Positions 34,463 through 45,970 of a stretch of DNA of 64,000 nucleotides are shown here, in pieces (position 1 is the stretch's first letter; each line of letters begins with the position of its first letter). Source of the DNA: Octopus sinensis (Eukaryota); the NCBI RefSeq assembly GCF_006345805.1, contig NC_043024.1, positions 19,096,001-19,160,000 on the forward strand, in the 5' to 3' direction. A program made the translations under genes and the position numbers. Below the pieces are notes generated by a model. That model did not search any database. It was not told where the DNA came from and worked only from the letters and a program-made list of their open reading frames with translations.

Positions 34463-35755
34463 CGAGGGGCATTCAATAAGTAATGCCCCTGACCCACGTC
34501 CCATAGCAGTAGAGCAACAAAACTTGGCACAGTTATTAGTCTTTCTCTACATAGGAACCACCCAGAGTTACGCATTTCTCACATCGTTTGATGCAACTCT
34601 GGAGACGGTTTTTGTAGAAGACCCCAGCTTGGTCCTCCAACCACGACGTGACTTCAGAAATCAAGGCTGCATCATCTGGGAAATGCTTTCCTTTCAAAAT
34701 CAACTTCATGGCTGGGAAGAGGTGAAAATCAGAGGGTGCAAGGTCAGGAGAGTAGGGGGATGGGAGAGGAGTTCATAGCCACATGCCTGTGCTTCTGATC
34801 TGGCGACACACGAGTTGTGAACCGGAGTGTTGCCCTGCAGGAGGAGGATGCCTTTGCTGATCTTGCCCCGCCTCTTGATTTTGATAGCTTCTCTTAATCT
34901 CCTCAAAAGTGAAGCATAATAGGCTCCTGTAATTGCGGTACCCTTTGCCAGGAAATCTGTCATCACTACTCCATCCTGGTCCCAGAAGACTGTGAGCATG
35001 ACCTTGCCAGCGGAGGGCTGCACCCTTGCTTTCTTGGGAGGAGGTGAGTCACGGTGCTTCCACTGCATTGACTAGGCTTTGGTCTCTGGATCATAGTGAT
35101 GGACCCAGGTTTCATCCTGTGTAATCAGTCTTTTGAAAAATTTTGACTCATCTTCTTGGCACATCTCCAAATTCATCCTCGAGCACTCAACGCGTTCTTG
35201 CTTCTGGAAAGGTGTGAGCAACCTGGGAATCCATCTGGCAGACACCTTTTGCATATGCAAATGGTCATGAATGATAGTTTCCACAGACCCGGTACTAATC
35301 TTGACCTCATTGGCTATTTGACGAATAGTTATGCGTCGATCTTCCAAAATGGCAGCCTCAACTTGATGGACAGATGCCTTATCAATAGCAGAAGTGGGGG
35401 CGACCAGATCTGGGAGCTGTTTCCACAGAGTTCCGACCATGTTTGAATTCACGATGCCAGCGTTTTACAAGGTCATATGATGGGGCATCATCACCATAAG
35501 TTACTTTCATTTCATCGAAAGTCTCCCGTGGTGTACGTCCTTTCAAATACAAAAACCGGATCACTGCTCGACACTTAACAGGCTCCATTTCACACTTGAC
35601 TCAGTTCAAACACCTGTAAATCAGAAACCACAATTAGTGCAGAGCTGTAATTTACCACTTAATCTATAGAGATATAAATAATTGCACCTGCAAAATGTCA
35701 GCTAGATCAAACAACTGCAAGTGAGTCAGGGGCATTATTTATTGAACGTCCCTCG
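34463..35755 (-). mobile_element. Full-length mariner transposon (irritans/Himar1-like), 1293 bp
   Basis: TA TSD at 34461-62 and 35756-57; TIRs cgaggggcattcaataagtaatgcccctgac vs cgagggacgttcaataaataatgcccctgac. Confidence 0.95.
34536..35588 (-). pseudogene. Mariner D,D34D transposase, inactivated
   Basis: MEPVKCRAVIRF...RSGRP; WIPRLLT; ITQDETWVHHYDPETK; SAGKVMLTVFWD; LLQGNTP (catalytic D replaced by G); frameshifts near 35395 and in PPYSPDLAPSD; stop at 35072-74. Confidence 0.92.
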
Positions 35756-36047
35756 TAGCTTGTTATTCTCTTTAAGTGAACATTTTTCTGGTTGAAATAC
35801 ACTGAAAAATGGCGACACAGCAGAAAAAAATTGTAAAAAATAGGGATTTTCATAGAAATAAAAGCACCTTTTTTATGTAAATAATTGTTGGTGTTAACAT
35901 GGACCAATTTGAATTTTTTCTTCTACGGAAGGAAGAGCAAGCCTTCTTCTATCATACTCTCAATTTTGCTCAACTTGCACCACAGGGTCTCAGAGGAGAT
36001 AGTGTTAGTTGAAGGCTACCAAACCTGCCATACACAGACAACTTCAG

Positions 36048-36079
<32 letters not shown>

Positions 36080-36084
<5 letters not shown>

Positions 36085-36685
36085 CATCATCATTGTTTAA
36101 CATCTGCTTTCTATGCTGGCATGGGCTTGGCAGTTTGGCTTACAACTGGCAAGCCAAGAGGTTACACCAGGCTCCAATCTAATCTGGTAAGGTTTCTACA
36201 GCTGGATGCCCTTCCTAACGCCAACCACTCCAAGAATGTAGTGGGTGCTTTTACATGCCACCAACATGGGAGCCAGTCGGGCAGTACTGGCACCAACCAT
36301 ACTTGCACAGTACTTTTTATGTGCTACTGGCATGGGTAACAGTCAGGTGGGACTGGCATCAGCCATGACAATGATTTTAGAAGGTTTTCTCAAGCACAGC
36401 ATATTTCCCAATGATTGAAGTGTACTCTTAAATGTGACACTGGCAATGGCCACAGCTACAATCTCACTTGGCTTGCCTGGTCTTCTCAAGTACAGCATAT
36501 CTCCAAAGGTCTCAGTCACTTGTCATTGCCTCTGTGAGGCCCAACGTTTGAAGGTCGGTCTTCACCACTTCATCCTGTGTCTTCCTGGGTCTACCTCTTC
36601 CACGTGTTCCTCCCACTGTTAGGGTGTGACACTATTCACACAGCTCTCCTCATCCATACATAACACATGACCATACCAGCTGGTC
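36080..36685 (-). mobile_element. RTE-clade LINE 3' end (ORF C-terminus, 3' UTR, (GAT)n tail)
   Basis: WYGHVLCMDEESCV...GGTRGRGRPRKTQDEVVKTDLQTLGLTEAMTSD*DLWRYAVLEKTRQAK*, followed by family C sequence. Confidence 0.85.
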
Positions 36686-37715
36686 ATGTTGAAGATGATG
36701 ATGATCATGATCATGATGTTGAAAATGATGATGACGATGACAATAGCGATGAGGATGATGGCTGGTGATGCTGCTACTGATGATGATAATAAGGGTGTTG
36801 ATGAGGATCATGATGATAGTGATGATGATGAACCTGATGATGATGAACATGATAATGGTGATCATGAAGAGGAGGCAGAAGAGGATAAGGCTAATAATGA
36901 TGATGATGATGATGATGTATATGTGTTGCCTGTTTGTAGTAGTACATAAAAAACACTTGTCTTACTCTGTAGACCAAAGACAGTGCCATGCAGTGAAATT
37001 GAACCAGGCATCAAAATGTTCGGAAACCAAGCTGCTTAACCACTCAGCCAAACATTATGAAATTCGGCAGCCCCATCCTATTCTCATAGCCAAACAGCTA
37101 ATGCGATTTCTATGAACTTCTATAAGCTTGTACGGCAATGAGAATATATTTGCCAGGCGCATATTATTTTGAATTTCTTCTGAGAGACAATAAGTTATTT
37201 AAATCTTCCTGAGAGTGAAATTCACAATGGTAGCTATGACGATTCAGCAATTGTTGAATTTTGATTGATATAAATCCTATCTGTAACATGCAGATGTGTG
37301 CTGATAATGTGAAGTGCATGCATCAGTAGGTTTCTGTGTTGGGTCAGTAGATTTCGTTCACAGCCAATGAAATGAGGTGAATATGGAATATCTGGAATAT
37401 GGTATAATGCGCTAACAGAGCTGTCTACATTATGTATAGGTAACTGACCAGACTATCAAACACACATTTACATATTTGTAGACAGATCTCTGTGTGTGCG
37501 TGTGTGTATGTGTGTGTAAATATAAGGAGAGACAGATTAGCATATATACATACATACATATATATATCACACACACACACACATATATACATACATATAT
37601 ACATATATATACATACATTGTATATGTGTATATATATCATCATCATCATCGTTTAACGTCCGTTTTCCGCGCTAGCACGGGTATACATTATATATATATA
37701 TATATATATTATATA

Positions 37716-37885
37716 CACAGTGGGGGGAAATAAATATTCGTATATGTATATATATATATATATATATATAATATACACAGTGGGGGGAAATAATATTCGT
37801 ATATGTGTATATAATATATATATAATATAATATATATATATATATAATATATTATATATACACAGTGGGGGGAAATAAATATTCG

Positions 37886-37926
<41 letters not shown>

Positions 37927-37954
37927 ACACACAGTGGGGGGAAATAAATATTCG

Positions 37955-38005
<51 letters not shown>

Positions 38006-38030
38006 TGGGGGGGGGGATAAATATTCGTAC
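37716..38030. repeat. Five tandem copies of a Tc1 TIR terminus separated by (TA)n
   Basis: cacagtggggggaaataaatattcgta at 37716, 37776, 37861, 37930 and 38001. Confidence 0.9.
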
Positions 38031-38745
38031 ATGTCAAAATTCTTATTTATTTAATTTCTAATGAACATAAATGGGATATACCAATACTATATTTGCATAC
38101 AAATGCATAACTAAGAATATGCAAAAGAAACTAAAAAATTATAGTTACTAAGGAATTTATATTCAATTATAATTATTTAGGGGTGAAAAAAGTATTCGTA
38201 CAGAACATAAATAACTGATAATTCTGATTTAATACTTCGTAGCATAACCATTATTCAGTTCCACTTCAACCAATCTCTTCTTGTAGTTCTTAATCAATGA
38301 CTTGCATGCTTCTTTAGGAATTTTTTCCCATTCTTCTTGACCAATTTTCTTCAAATCTGCAATGCACGTTGGGGTTCTTGAATGAATTTTAATTTTCAAT
38401 AACACCACAAATTTTCAATGGGGTTCAAGTCAGGTGACTGGCTTGGCCATTCTAATAATTTTATATTGTGATCGACAATCCATTTTTTGGTAGACTTCGC
38501 CGTGTGCTTAGGATCGTTATCCTATTGTATAACCCATCCTTCACAAAGCTGGAGCTTTTCTACAGAGTCCCATAAATTATTGTTCAAAATATTTTGGTAC
38601 ATCTCTGCATTCATTCTACTATCTATCCCATCTATCTATTGCCAGTACCATTTGCAGAGAAACACCCCCACACCATGATGTTGCCACCTCCAATCTTTAC
38701 AGTAGGAATTGTTTTTTTCAGTGAATAGCTGATACCATCTTTCCT
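38001..38745 (-). mobile_element. Tc1 (DD34E) transposon, right end with transposase C-terminal relic
   Basis: [21 protein letters not shown]; [14 protein letters not shown]; [16 protein letters not shown]; inner repeat ggggtgaaaaaagtattcgtaca at ~38180 suggests IR/DR-type ends. Confidence 0.88.
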
Positions 38746-38759
38746 CCAAACATATATAT

Positions 38760-38804
<45 letters not shown>

Positions 38805-38947
38805 CATACATATGTACACACGCACACATATACATATATATATATATAGTTAATCCAAACATGAAAACACAAAGAGAAAACACAACTCGAGGATGTGGAA
38901 CAAGTATAGCGTTACTGGACGCTTGGGAAAGGAAAGAAAGAAGGAGG

Positions 38948-38982
38948 ATTTAACATTTCGAGTGGAGCTCTTCATCAGAAAC
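38948..38982 (-). ncRNA. Hammerhead motif (same family as 13384) in a PLE-like repeat 38847-38986
   Basis: gttt CUGAUGA a gag-cucca-cuc GAAAU GUU aaat; U15.2-G16.2 wobble. Confidence 0.65.
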
Positions 38983-38986
38983 ATAG

Positions 38987-40135
38987 GTTAGGGCAGTGAA
39001 CTCATGGTCGTAGAATCGCAGTTTCGATTTCCAGACTGGGCGTTGTGAATATTTATTGTGCGGAAACTCCTAAAGTTCCATGAAGCTCCAGCAAGGTGGG
39101 GGAGGCGAACCCTGCTGTATTCTTTCACGCCATTTTCTCCCTTTTTCTTCCTGTTTCTGTTGTACCTGTATTTCAAATGGGCCAGCCTAGTCACACGCTG
39201 TGTCACGCTGAATCTCCCCCGAGAACTACGTTAAGGGTACACGTATCTGTGGAGTGCTCAGCCACTTCCACATTAATGTCACGAGCATGCTGTTCCATTG
39301 ATCAGATCAACTGGAGGATCTTTTCCTTTTGAACGGCAGTTTTCAACATAATTTCTAGTTAACTAAACACTTTTAAACTTCGTATACTGGTAGAATGTGT
39401 TAATAAAACATCATTTTTTCTTGGCTTTATTGAGAAAATTCTATAGTTTGTAAGATATTTCCACTTTAAAATCGAGCATTTTGGCAATTTTAACCAATCG
39501 CTGACCTCCATTTGGGGTGAAAACTTTCCATGCTGTATGAATATGTTCCTCGTTTAAGAAACAGATTGGGTTTATTTACATTTGCGAAGAAACAAAGATA
39601 CCCTAACCCTAAAATAGATTCAAATGCAATAGATCGATACTAGGGTTATAATTATGGGTGACAATTTCATATGACACTGCTACGGAAAATGGGATTTTTT
39701 TCTAGCAGCGTCAAATTAAATTGTCACCCATAATTATAACCCTAGTATCGATCTATTGCATTTCAATCTATTTTAGGGTTAGGTTAGTTAGGGTTAGGGG
39801 TGGGAGAAGGGTATCTTTTTTTCTTCAGAAATGTAAATAAACCCAATCTGTTTCTTAAAGGAGGGACATATTCATACAGCACGGAATGCTGTTTACGTCA
39901 ATGGAGGTCAGCGATTGGTTAAAATTGCTGAAATGCTCGAAATTAAAGTGGAAATATCTTACACAAACTATGGAATTTTCTCAATAAAGCCAAGAAAAAA
40001 TGATGTTTTATAAACACATTCTACCAGTATACGAAGTTTAAAAGTGTTTAGTTAACTAGAGATTGTGTTGAAAACTGCCGTTCAAAAGGAAAAGATCCCA
40101 ACTGGAACCCTCATCATCATAACCAACGGAGTGCC
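38987..40135 (+). mobile_element. SINE with family F head, split by the foldback element
   Basis: ggttagggcagtgaactcatggtcgtagaatcgcagtttcgatttcc head; sequence resumes after the TSD at 40099. Confidence 0.6.
39316..40098. mobile_element. 783-bp foldback (whole-length palindromic) DNA element with 8-bp TSD
   Basis: Ends ggatcttttccttttgaacggcag / ctgccgttcaaaaggaaaagatcc; TSD caactgga at 39308-15 and 40099-106; arms ~370 bp. Confidence 0.92.
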
Positions 40136-40149
40136 ACGGTTAAGACAGT

Positions 40150-41143
40150 GAACTGGTAGAATTATTAGCATGCTGGGTGGAATGCTTAGTAGTCTTAACT
40201 CTGTCTTCATGTTCGGAGTTCAAATTCAGCAGAGGTTGGCTTTGCCTTTCATCCACTCAGGGTCAATAAAATCAGTACCAGTTATGCACTGGGGTTGATG
40301 TAATTGACTATACCCAGCCCCGAATTCCAGGCCTTGTGCCTATTTTAGAATGGTTTATTGTTATTCCTATTATTATTAAGACTTAGCTTTGGCAGAATCG
40401 TTAGCACCCTGGGTGAAATGTTTAATAGCATTTCGTCCATCCTTACATTCTGAGTTCAAGTTCTGCTCAGGTCAACTTTGCCTTTTATCCTTTTGGGGGT
40501 CAATAAATTAAGTACCAGTTGAATACTGGGATTGCTGTAATCGACTTAACCTCTTCCCCATAGTTTCAGGCCTTGTGCCTTTAGTAGAAAGGATTATTAT
40601 TATTATTATTATTATTATTATTGAGTGAGAGAGCAGTGCATGCCATCAAAGTGGTACTGAGGTACAAATATACGAAGCCCAATATACCCATCATGACTAC
40701 CCGTCTGATAAGGGGACACCAGGCACATGCATCACAACCATATGTGCGCGACATGGTGATCTCACATCAAGATAAACAGCACATGACCTTGCAGGTGGGG
40801 CCCAGTTAGAATTTTCTTCAGACTGAGTAATCCATTCCACTCAAAAGGTTCCTGAATAAGGATTGTTTAAGGATGATGAACAAAACACCCATGTTTTTTT
40901 CAGAGGTGAATTACTCAAAGCCCAAAGAATCCCTCTCAACATATGGCTATGATGTGCCTCCATTACTTCTGTACATGATCATAGATGCGCATATCGTCAG
41001 CCACCAAGGGACATGCTCAACTGGTCAAACAATTGACAAGCAAATCTATGGTATTGAGCAGAATATTTGCTGTAGCCCATCTTTTATACCAAGACGAAAC
41101 ATAATACTTCCAATCAGTTAAGATGAGAAGCCATGAGAGCCAC

Positions 41144-41180
<37 letters not shown>

Positions 41181-41570
41181 GTGGCTGTGTGGTAAGTAGC
41201 TTGCTAACCAGCCACATGGTTCCGGGTTCAGTCCTACTGCGTGGCATCTTGGGCAAGTGTCTTCTGCTGTAGCCCCGGGCCGACCAATGCCTTGTGAGTG
41301 GATTTGGTAGATGGAAACTGAAAGAAGCCTGTCGTATATATGTATATATATATATGTGTGTGTGTCTGTGTTTGTCCCCCTAGCATTGCTTGACAACTGA
41401 TGCTGGTATGTTTACGTCCCCGTCACTCAGCGGTTCGGCAAAATAGACCGATAGAATAAGTACTGGGCTTACGAAGAATAAGTCCCGGGGTCGATTTGGT
41501 CGACTAAAGGCAGTGCTCAAGCATGGCCACAGTCAAATGACTGAAACAAGTAAAAGAGTAAAAGAGTTAG
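40150..41570 (+). mobile_element. Chain: SINE A, SINE A, family D (40623-41145), SINE B (41180-41570)
   Basis: Consensus matches; joined through (ATT)n tracts. Confidence 0.8.
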
Positions 41571-41581
41571 AGTATTATTAT

Positions 41582-41615
<34 letters not shown>

Positions 41616-42202
41616 TTATAGGAATGGGTTCATGCTTTCGCTATTTGATAAATCTGACTCATATATTGTTTTCATGATTGTTAAATTGTTAAATTAAAAC
41701 AAAATAATATTGCAAAGTTTAAACAATGAAATAAATTCACTTTTATGCTGACACGCACATAAGTAATTACTGCGGAATTGTAAGTAAAAACAATTTCAAT
41801 TTGCGTCTGGAACGGAACTTAAAAATCAAATAAAATCATTTATCAGAATTTAGAACTACTTACAACACACACAAATGTATATATAATGTATGTGTATATA
41901 TGTATGTATGTATGCGTATATACTGTAAAGTTTCGGGCTTTAAGAGTTTTGCGAAAGGCTTTGTTGGAAGCACAACCGTCCGAATTTTATTTAAAGGACT
42001 CAGAAAAATTGAAGGACAACTGCAATAAGTGTGTGAATCTGAGAGGGGAATATCTTGAATAAAATCATCATTAACTGATCCTCCTCTATTTTCTTTTACC
42101 CAAATCTATGAACTTTTCAGCATCCCATTTACAGATATATATATATATATATATATTTATATTATAATATATATACACATATGTGTGTGTGTGTGTGTGT
42201 GC

Positions 42203-42537
42203 GTCATCATCATCGTTTAACGTCTGCTTTCCATGCTAGTATGGGTTGGACGATTGATTGAGGGCTGGCAAACCCGATGGCTGTGCCAGGCTCTAATCTT
42301 GATTTGGCAGTGTTTCTACAGCTGGATGCCCTTCCTAATGCCAACCACTCCGAGAGTGTAGTGGGTGCTTTTTACGTGCCACTGGCACAGGAGCCAGTCA
42401 GGCGGTACTGGCAACGACCTCACTCAAATCTTTTACACATGCCACCAGCACAGGTGCCAGTAAGGCGACGTGTAGATCATGCTCAAATGATGCCCTTTAA
42501 GTGCCACTGGCACGGAAGCCAGTTAGGCCGCTCTGTC

Positions 42538-42589
<52 letters not shown>

Positions 42590-42730
42590 TAATGGAAAAC
42601 CACTATTATTGGCTGATGAGTACTCAGCATCTTAAATCTGCTGTAATACTTACAAACTTTAATAAAATGATGTAGTACGAAACGATCGTACCAAATTACG
42701 GAGTCATTCTGTTGCTTATTTTTGAGTATA

Positions 42731-42765
<35 letters not shown>

Positions 42766-43320
42766 ATGGGCATGGGTAGGCGCGGGCATGGCCGTGTGGT
42801 TGGGAGCTTGCTTCCTAGTTACATGGTTTCGGGGTCATCCCACTGCGTGGCATTTTGGGTAGGTGTCTTCCGCTATAGCCCTGAGCCGACCGGAGCTTTG
42901 TGATTGAATTCGATAGGCAGGAGTTACTGCTGTGTGTGCATGTGTTGTATAGCTGTTCAGTGCCTCTCTGAAAGAGAGAGAGGACATATCATCATCATCC
43001 TCATTTAACGTCCGCTTTCCATGCTAGCATGGGTTGGACGTTCAACTGGAGTCTGGGGAGCCCGAAGGCTGCACCAGGCCAGTCAGATCTGGCAGTGTTT
43101 CTACAGCTGGATGCCCTTCCTAATGCCAACCACTCCGAGAGTGTAGTGGGTTGCTTTTTACGTGCCACTGGCACAGGAGCCAGTCAGGTACTGGCAACGA
43201 CCTCACTCAATCTTTTACACATGCCACCAGCACAGGTGCCAGTAAGGCGACGTTGGTAACGATTGCTCAAATGATGCCCTTTAAGTGCCACTGGCACGGA
43301 AGCCAGTTAGCCGCTCTGTC

Positions 43321-43372
<52 letters not shown>

Positions 43373-43513
43373 TATGGGAAAACCGCTATTATGGCTGATG
43401 AGTACTCAGCATCTTAAATCTGCTGCTGGTAATATTACAACTTTTAATAAAATGATTGTAGTAGTAAAACGATCGTACCAAATTAACGGAGTCATTCTTG
43501 TTGCTTTATTTGA

Positions 43514-43557
<44 letters not shown>

Positions 43558-43925
43558 GCATGGGTAGGCGCGGGCATGGCCGTGTGGTTAGGGAGCTTGC
43601 TTCATAGTTACATGGTTTCGGGGTCAATCCCACTGCGTGGCATTTTGGGTAGGTGTCTTCCGCTATAGCCCTGAGCCGACCGGAGCTTTGTGATTGAATT
43701 CGATAGGCAGGAGTTACTGCTGTGTGTGCATGTGTATGTATAGCTGTTCAGTGCCTCTCTGAAAGAGAGAGAGGGACATATATCATCATCATCCTCATTT
43801 AACGTCCCTTTCCATGCTAGCATGGGTTGGACGGTTCAACTGAGTCTGGGGAGCCCGAAGGCTGCACCAGGCCAGTCAGATCTGGCAGTGTTTCTACAGC
43901 TGGATGCCCTCCTAACCGCCACCAC
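42203..43925. repeat. Local tandem duplication, unit ~785 bp (family C, hammerhead segment, SINE B head)
   Basis: ctgatgagtactcagc at 42613 and 43395; catggtttcggggtc at 42822 and 43611; copies differ mainly by small indels. Confidence 0.9.
42609..42694 (+). ncRNA. Type-I hammerhead motif with intact core and long stem II insertion
   Basis: ttgg CUGAUGA guacu-[49 nt]-aguac GAAAC gauc GUA ccaa; ACGATCGT palindrome; predicted cleavage after 42690. Confidence 0.75.
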
Positions 43926-43939
43926 TCTGTGAGTGTAGT

Positions 43940-44220
43940 GGGTGATTTATGTGCCACCGACACAGGTGCCAGACGAGGCTGGCGAAAACGGCCACGCTCG
44001 GATGGTGTTTTTTTTATGTGCCACCGACACAGGTGCCAGACAAGGCTGCAGACGGCCACGCTCGGATGGTGTTTTTATGTGCCACCGACACAAGTGCCAG
44101 ACGAGGCTGGCGAACGGCCACGATCGGATGGTGTTTGTTACGTGCCCACAGCACGGAGGCCAGTCGATGCGGTACTGGCTAGGCCGTACGTTCGGATGGT
44201 TTTTCTTGTGTGCCACCCGC
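43940..44220. repeat. Four ~60-65-bp tandem units within a family C / RTE 3' UTR
   Basis: gtgccaccgacacaggtgccagacgaggctggcgaacggccacgctcggatggtgtttt starts at 43951, 44018, 44079 and 44142. Confidence 0.85.
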
Positions 44221-44483
44221 ACATAAATATATATGAGTGGATGCTGAAAAGTTCCTGGCTTTGGTTATTTCTCTATGTTGAACCATTAATCCCTACGCAT
44301 TTTATTCTCTTTCCATTCCATTTATTTTTCATTCTCTCTCCCCATTTTACCTCTCAATCCTTTCTGTTGAAGACTTTTCCATTCTTTCCATGCATCAAAC
44401 TGATAGATCTGCTTGTTGTTCCCTCCCCAGTCTCCATCTTTCATTTTCTGTAAATTTGAACTACACACACACACACACACACA

Positions 44484-44803
44484 CGCAGTCGAGGGATCGT
44501 GGGTTCGAATCTCAGACCCGGGTGATGTGTGTGTGTTTATGAGTGAAACACCTAAGCTCCACGCGGCTCCAGCAGAAGGTAAGGGCAAACTTCTGTTGAG
44601 TCTTTCGCCACAACTTTCTCTCAATCTTTCCTCCTGCATCTTGCAGCTCACCTGTGATGGACCGCCGTCCCATCTAGGTGGGGAACCTATATGCTAAGGA
44701 AACCAGAAAACCAGCCCTTATGAGTGCCAGGCATGGCTTGGGAAGGAACAAACAACACAAGCATTGGCCACATTGCCGTTATGAGGCCCAACACTCACAC
44801 ACA
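44484..44803 (+). mobile_element. tRNA-derived SINE family G (Meta/V-domain-like centre)
   Basis: B box gggttcgaatctc; cctgtgatggaccgccgtcccatctagg; inverted copy at 45487-45830. Confidence 0.7.
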
Positions 44804-44811
44804 CATACACA

Positions 44812-45005
44812 CATGTGATGCACATATTGATGTGGACAGCTGTGTACAGAAGTGCTGATCTCTTATAGTGGAAGGGAGCTATGTTAGTGGGAGACCTAGG
44901 AAGACATGGGGTGGGGTGGTGAAGCATGATCTTCGAATGTCGGGCCTCTTGGAGCCAATCACTAGTGACTGAGATCTTTGACAATATAACATGCTTCACA
45001 AGACC
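44812..45005 (+). pseudogene. RTE LINE C-terminal fragment
   Basis: HVMHIDVDSCVQKC*SLIVEG..SGRPRKTWGGVVKHDLR. Confidence 0.7.
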
Positions 45006-45486
45006 CATCAAACCAAGTGAAATCATAATTGTGGCGGTTGTCAGTATCCCGTATATGACACCCATGCCAGTGTCGGGCATCCCTGTGGTTGTAAAACAAG
45101 CTACTTACCACACAGCAACTCCTGTGTGATCGATGCCAGTGCCGGGCTGATGCCAGCGCTGCCTTGACTGGCTTCTGTGCTAGTGGCACGTAAAAAGCAG
45201 CAACTGATCGAGGCCGCTGCCAGCCTCCCCTGGCACCTGTGCCGGTGGCACGTAAAAAGCATCCACTACAATCACGGAGTGGTTGGCGTTAGGAAGGGCA
45301 TCCAGCTGTAGAAACACTGCCAGATCAGACTGGGCCTGGTGCAACCTTCTGGCTTCCCAGACCCTGGTCGAACCGTCCAACCCATGCCAGCATGGAGAAC
45401 GGATGTTAAATGATGATGATGATGATATATATATATCCTTGTCAGTGACAGGCACCCATGCCAGTGGCACGTAAAAAGCAACTTTC

Positions 45487-45830
45487 GAGCGTTGGGCCTC
45501 ATAAAAGCAATGTGGCCAATGCTTGTGTTGTTTGTTCCTTCTCGAGCCACACCTGGCTCATAAGGTCCGGTTTCCTGGTTTCCTTGGCATATAGGTTCCC
45601 CACCTGGACGGGACGCCAGTCTGTCGCAGGTGAGCTGCAAGATGCAGGAGGAAAGAGTGAGAGGAAAGTTGTGGCGAAAGACTCAGCAGAAGTTCGCCAT
45701 TACCTTCTGCCAGAGCCGCATGGACCTTAGGTGTTTCACTCCTAAACACACACATCGCTCGATCTGAGATTCAAATCCACAATCCCTCGACTGCGAGTTC
45801 GCTGCTCTAGCCTCTAGGCTATGTGCCTCC
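45487..45830 (-). mobile_element. SINE family G, inverted relative to 44484-44803
   Basis: Reverse complement shares head, centre and the distal ggccacattgc..tatgaggcccaac segment. Confidence 0.7.
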
Positions 45831-45936
45831 ACAATGTTTGTGTTGCGTAATTATATACATATATTTGTTACCTGTTCCAGTCATTAGACTGCAGCTATGC
45901 TGGTGCCCGGCCATGAAGAGTTTAGTCAAACAAATC

Positions 45937-45938
<2 letters not shown>

Positions 45939-45970
<32 letters not shown>

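Larger units (their letters stand above)
34378..36055 (-). mobile_element. Non-autonomous Helitron (same family as 12387-12731) carrying a mariner insertion
   Basis: a|ctagcagtattgcctggcgttgctcggg at the left; cagacaacttcagctttatatata at the right. Confidence 0.85.

Noticed and set aside
39601-39800. Interstitial telomere
   Set aside because: Only 2-4 TTAGGG-like units, mirrored in both arms of the foldback element
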